From NCBI GenBank assembly GCA_019358915.1, contig JAHHIM010000036.1, positions 192,001 to 256,000 of the forward strand: DNA of 64,000 nucleotides, read 5' to 3'. The notes under the pieces were generated by a model. The model saw only the letters and a list, made by a program, of their open reading frames with translations. It searched no databases and was not told the DNA's origin. The position numbers were made by a program, and so were the translations under genes. Source of the stretch: Trichormus sp. ATA11-4-KO1 (GTDB lineage: Bacteria > Cyanobacteriota > Cyanobacteriia > Cyanobacteriales > Nostocaceae). The first letter of the stretch is position 1. Every line of letters begins with the position of its first letter. Positions 62,270-64,000 of this stretch are shown here, piece by piece.

Positions 62270-62285
62270 TGTGAGCGCAGTCACA
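62270..62285. promoter_or_regulatory. Perfect CRP-family box TGTGA-N6-TCACA
   Basis: TGTGA GCGCAG TCACA, about 150 bp upstream of the scyA start. Confidence 0.6.
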
Positions 62286-62350
62286 AAAATTTTTGTAAAG
62301 CGTACACAGTCAAGGACGTGCTTATGGAAATCATCATAGGGGGCAGGAAA

Positions 62351-62529
62351 ACATATTTGCAATCAACATTCTTTTGATGTGTTGTCAAATTTTTCGTTTT
62401 TATATTGATGCCTATATTAGGTTATTGACTGCATTATAAAATTTGCTTTTTGTGACTCATAGAATAATAAAGACATATCTGCAATCAAAAATCTTTTGAT
62501 AGCTTTGTCAATTTTTTCGCTCTTATATT
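62351..62529. repeat. Imperfect direct repeat of about 56 bp (62351-62406 and 62473-62529) upstream of scyA
   Basis: ACATAT(T/C)TGCAATCAA(C/A)A(T/A)TCTTTTGAT...TTGTCAA.TTTTTCG.T.TTATATT twice. Confidence 0.8.
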
Positions 62530-62596
62530 AGTAGCTTAGAGAGATTCACTTTTTGTGATGGTTAAAGTAAAATCAATAATTTTATCTATTTAACTC

Positions 62597-62775
62597 GGGA
62601 CTTAGACATTTTTGAGGCACAAATAAGCCTCAAACCCATACAGGGCAAGGAAAATACACCAAAGATTCAAACATGCTTGAAACCCAGATATATCAAGAAA
62701 CTAGGCTAAACGATGTCAAAGTCTCTCTGTATATAGATTTGAGTGTTTTTTCTGGCTACTTTTTGTCTAAGTCCC
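62597..62775. mobile_element. About 179-bp MITE-like element with 12-bp TIRs
   Basis: GGGACTTAGACA at 62597-62608 and TGTCTAAGTCCC at 62764-62775; no clear target duplication. Confidence 0.6.
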
Positions 62776-64000
62776 ACTAATACAACCATCCACATGAAAA
62801 ACAATTTTTCTATTTTCACTAAATATTCTTTAAAGTCAATTTTCTGACGCTGCTCAAGACATATAATCGGAATTTTTTTATTTCTTACGATAGATGACTA
62901 AGTAGAAATTAGGCGTTTTTCTAGGAAAAATGTGTTGCCTGCAACAAAAAATCTAGCGATATGGTCATTTTTCTCTAATGAGGATGTATTTCTCAGGGCA
63001 GATGACTAAGCAACTTATCATATAGTTAAATCTTTAACAATACATAATAGGTTAAGAAATTTTACAAAGTTAAGATTATGAGCAAAAACTTAGTCTTGAT
63101 GTTCTGTACAAATAAGGTGTTCTATAAATTAACGCAATTCTGATGTTTCCGATTTGTGGAAACATCCTTCGAGAAGCAATGTAAAGGCTATGCGACTGAT
63201 ATTAAACATTGCTCATCTTGTAAAAATTAACCGTTAATATTTAGGGATTTCCAAAAATTAAATCATTCATTTTATGGAGTAGGTGTTCCCTCATAAATGT
63301 TAAATTTAGGGGAAATCTCATCGTTAAATTAAGTGTATATACGTAAGATAAAACACAAATTCAAGTATTTGATTAACTTGCATGTGCTAAATCTTTACGT
63401 TGATTATTGAGGAATTACGTAAACACGTATCATCATAGTTCTCAAAAAGGCTTATTTTCTGTTTTATTTTCAGGTTGCTCTAAGCAATGTTACTTATTGG
63501 CGAACAAGATATGAGCTTATTTTGATACTAACAGTGTCTCTACTAGCCCTAAAAATTTGACAATAGCGTAGCATCGCACAGTGCAGACAACGATTTCACA
63601 CGAAAATCTTGGATATTCTTTTTATTGGCAAGTCCCCTAAATAATTCCTTAACTAGGCATATTTCTGCATATTGTTGTATAGTAAAATATGAGAGTAAAG
63701 TTAAGAAAAATTACAAATTTACTCTTAGCTTTAGTGGTGTTTATGCACTGTACAAATGAAACATTACATAGATTCATGAAATTCTGACGTTTCAGACTTG
63801 TGGCTATTTTTCTCAGATGAGCGGCGTAAACGCGTAGCGGTAAGGCAGCACTAGCACTACAAAATGGCTAGTCTGACCCCGACTACATAAGTACAAAGCG
63901 TTTGCCGTAAGCTGACGTCGCAGATATATAGGAGGTATACCCGTTCGTTCGGCGGGGCTGTTCCCAAAGGTAGGGCTTGTTGTTAGACATTGCTCATATG

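Noticed and set aside
1..64000. tRNA, rRNA, integrase or full-length transposase genes
   Set aside because: None recognised by eye; a tRNAscan/Infernal run would be needed to exclude small structured RNAs

Overview
This window comes from a cyanobacterium, most likely a heterocyst-forming Nostocales member. The octamer HIP1 (GCGATCGC) is frequent, and short tandem and short dispersed repeats fill the intergenic spaces. Left end (1-6.2 kb): an AT-rich polysaccharide locus with a GlfT2-like glycosyltransferase, wzm/wzt and a two-domain GT2. Then come a hybrid histidine kinase with an ETR1-type ethylene-binding domain, uvsE, an Hsp70-family gene, a decayed toxin-antitoxin pair and housekeeping genes (LD-carboxypeptidase, apt, oppB-type permease, FHA-PBP1A, lspA, bioY). 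At 18.9-23.2 kb lies a compact thiol-redox locus. It encodes an apparently split NTRC-like reductase plus thioredoxin, a CcdA and two duplicated exported thioredoxins carrying 6x and 2x NPCAAK cysteine repeats, each behind a conserved ECF-type promoter motif. This is my best candidate for an undescribed system. At 34.1-35.2 kb is an orphan Gly-rich protein with about 20 NPF motifs. The right 27 kb (35.4-62.1 kb, minus strand) is a complete scytonemin cluster: scyA-F, eboABC, glycosyltransferase, tyrA, dsbA, aroB/eboD, eboEF, trpE(G), trpC, trpA, trpB, trpD, aroG. It has no tyrosinase gene, and a perfect CRP-type box sits upstream of scyA. Two near-identical 173-bp MITEs with 16-bp TIRs are present, one with an exact 10-bp target duplication. 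All calls come from reading the sequence and recalling family motifs; no database searches were run.
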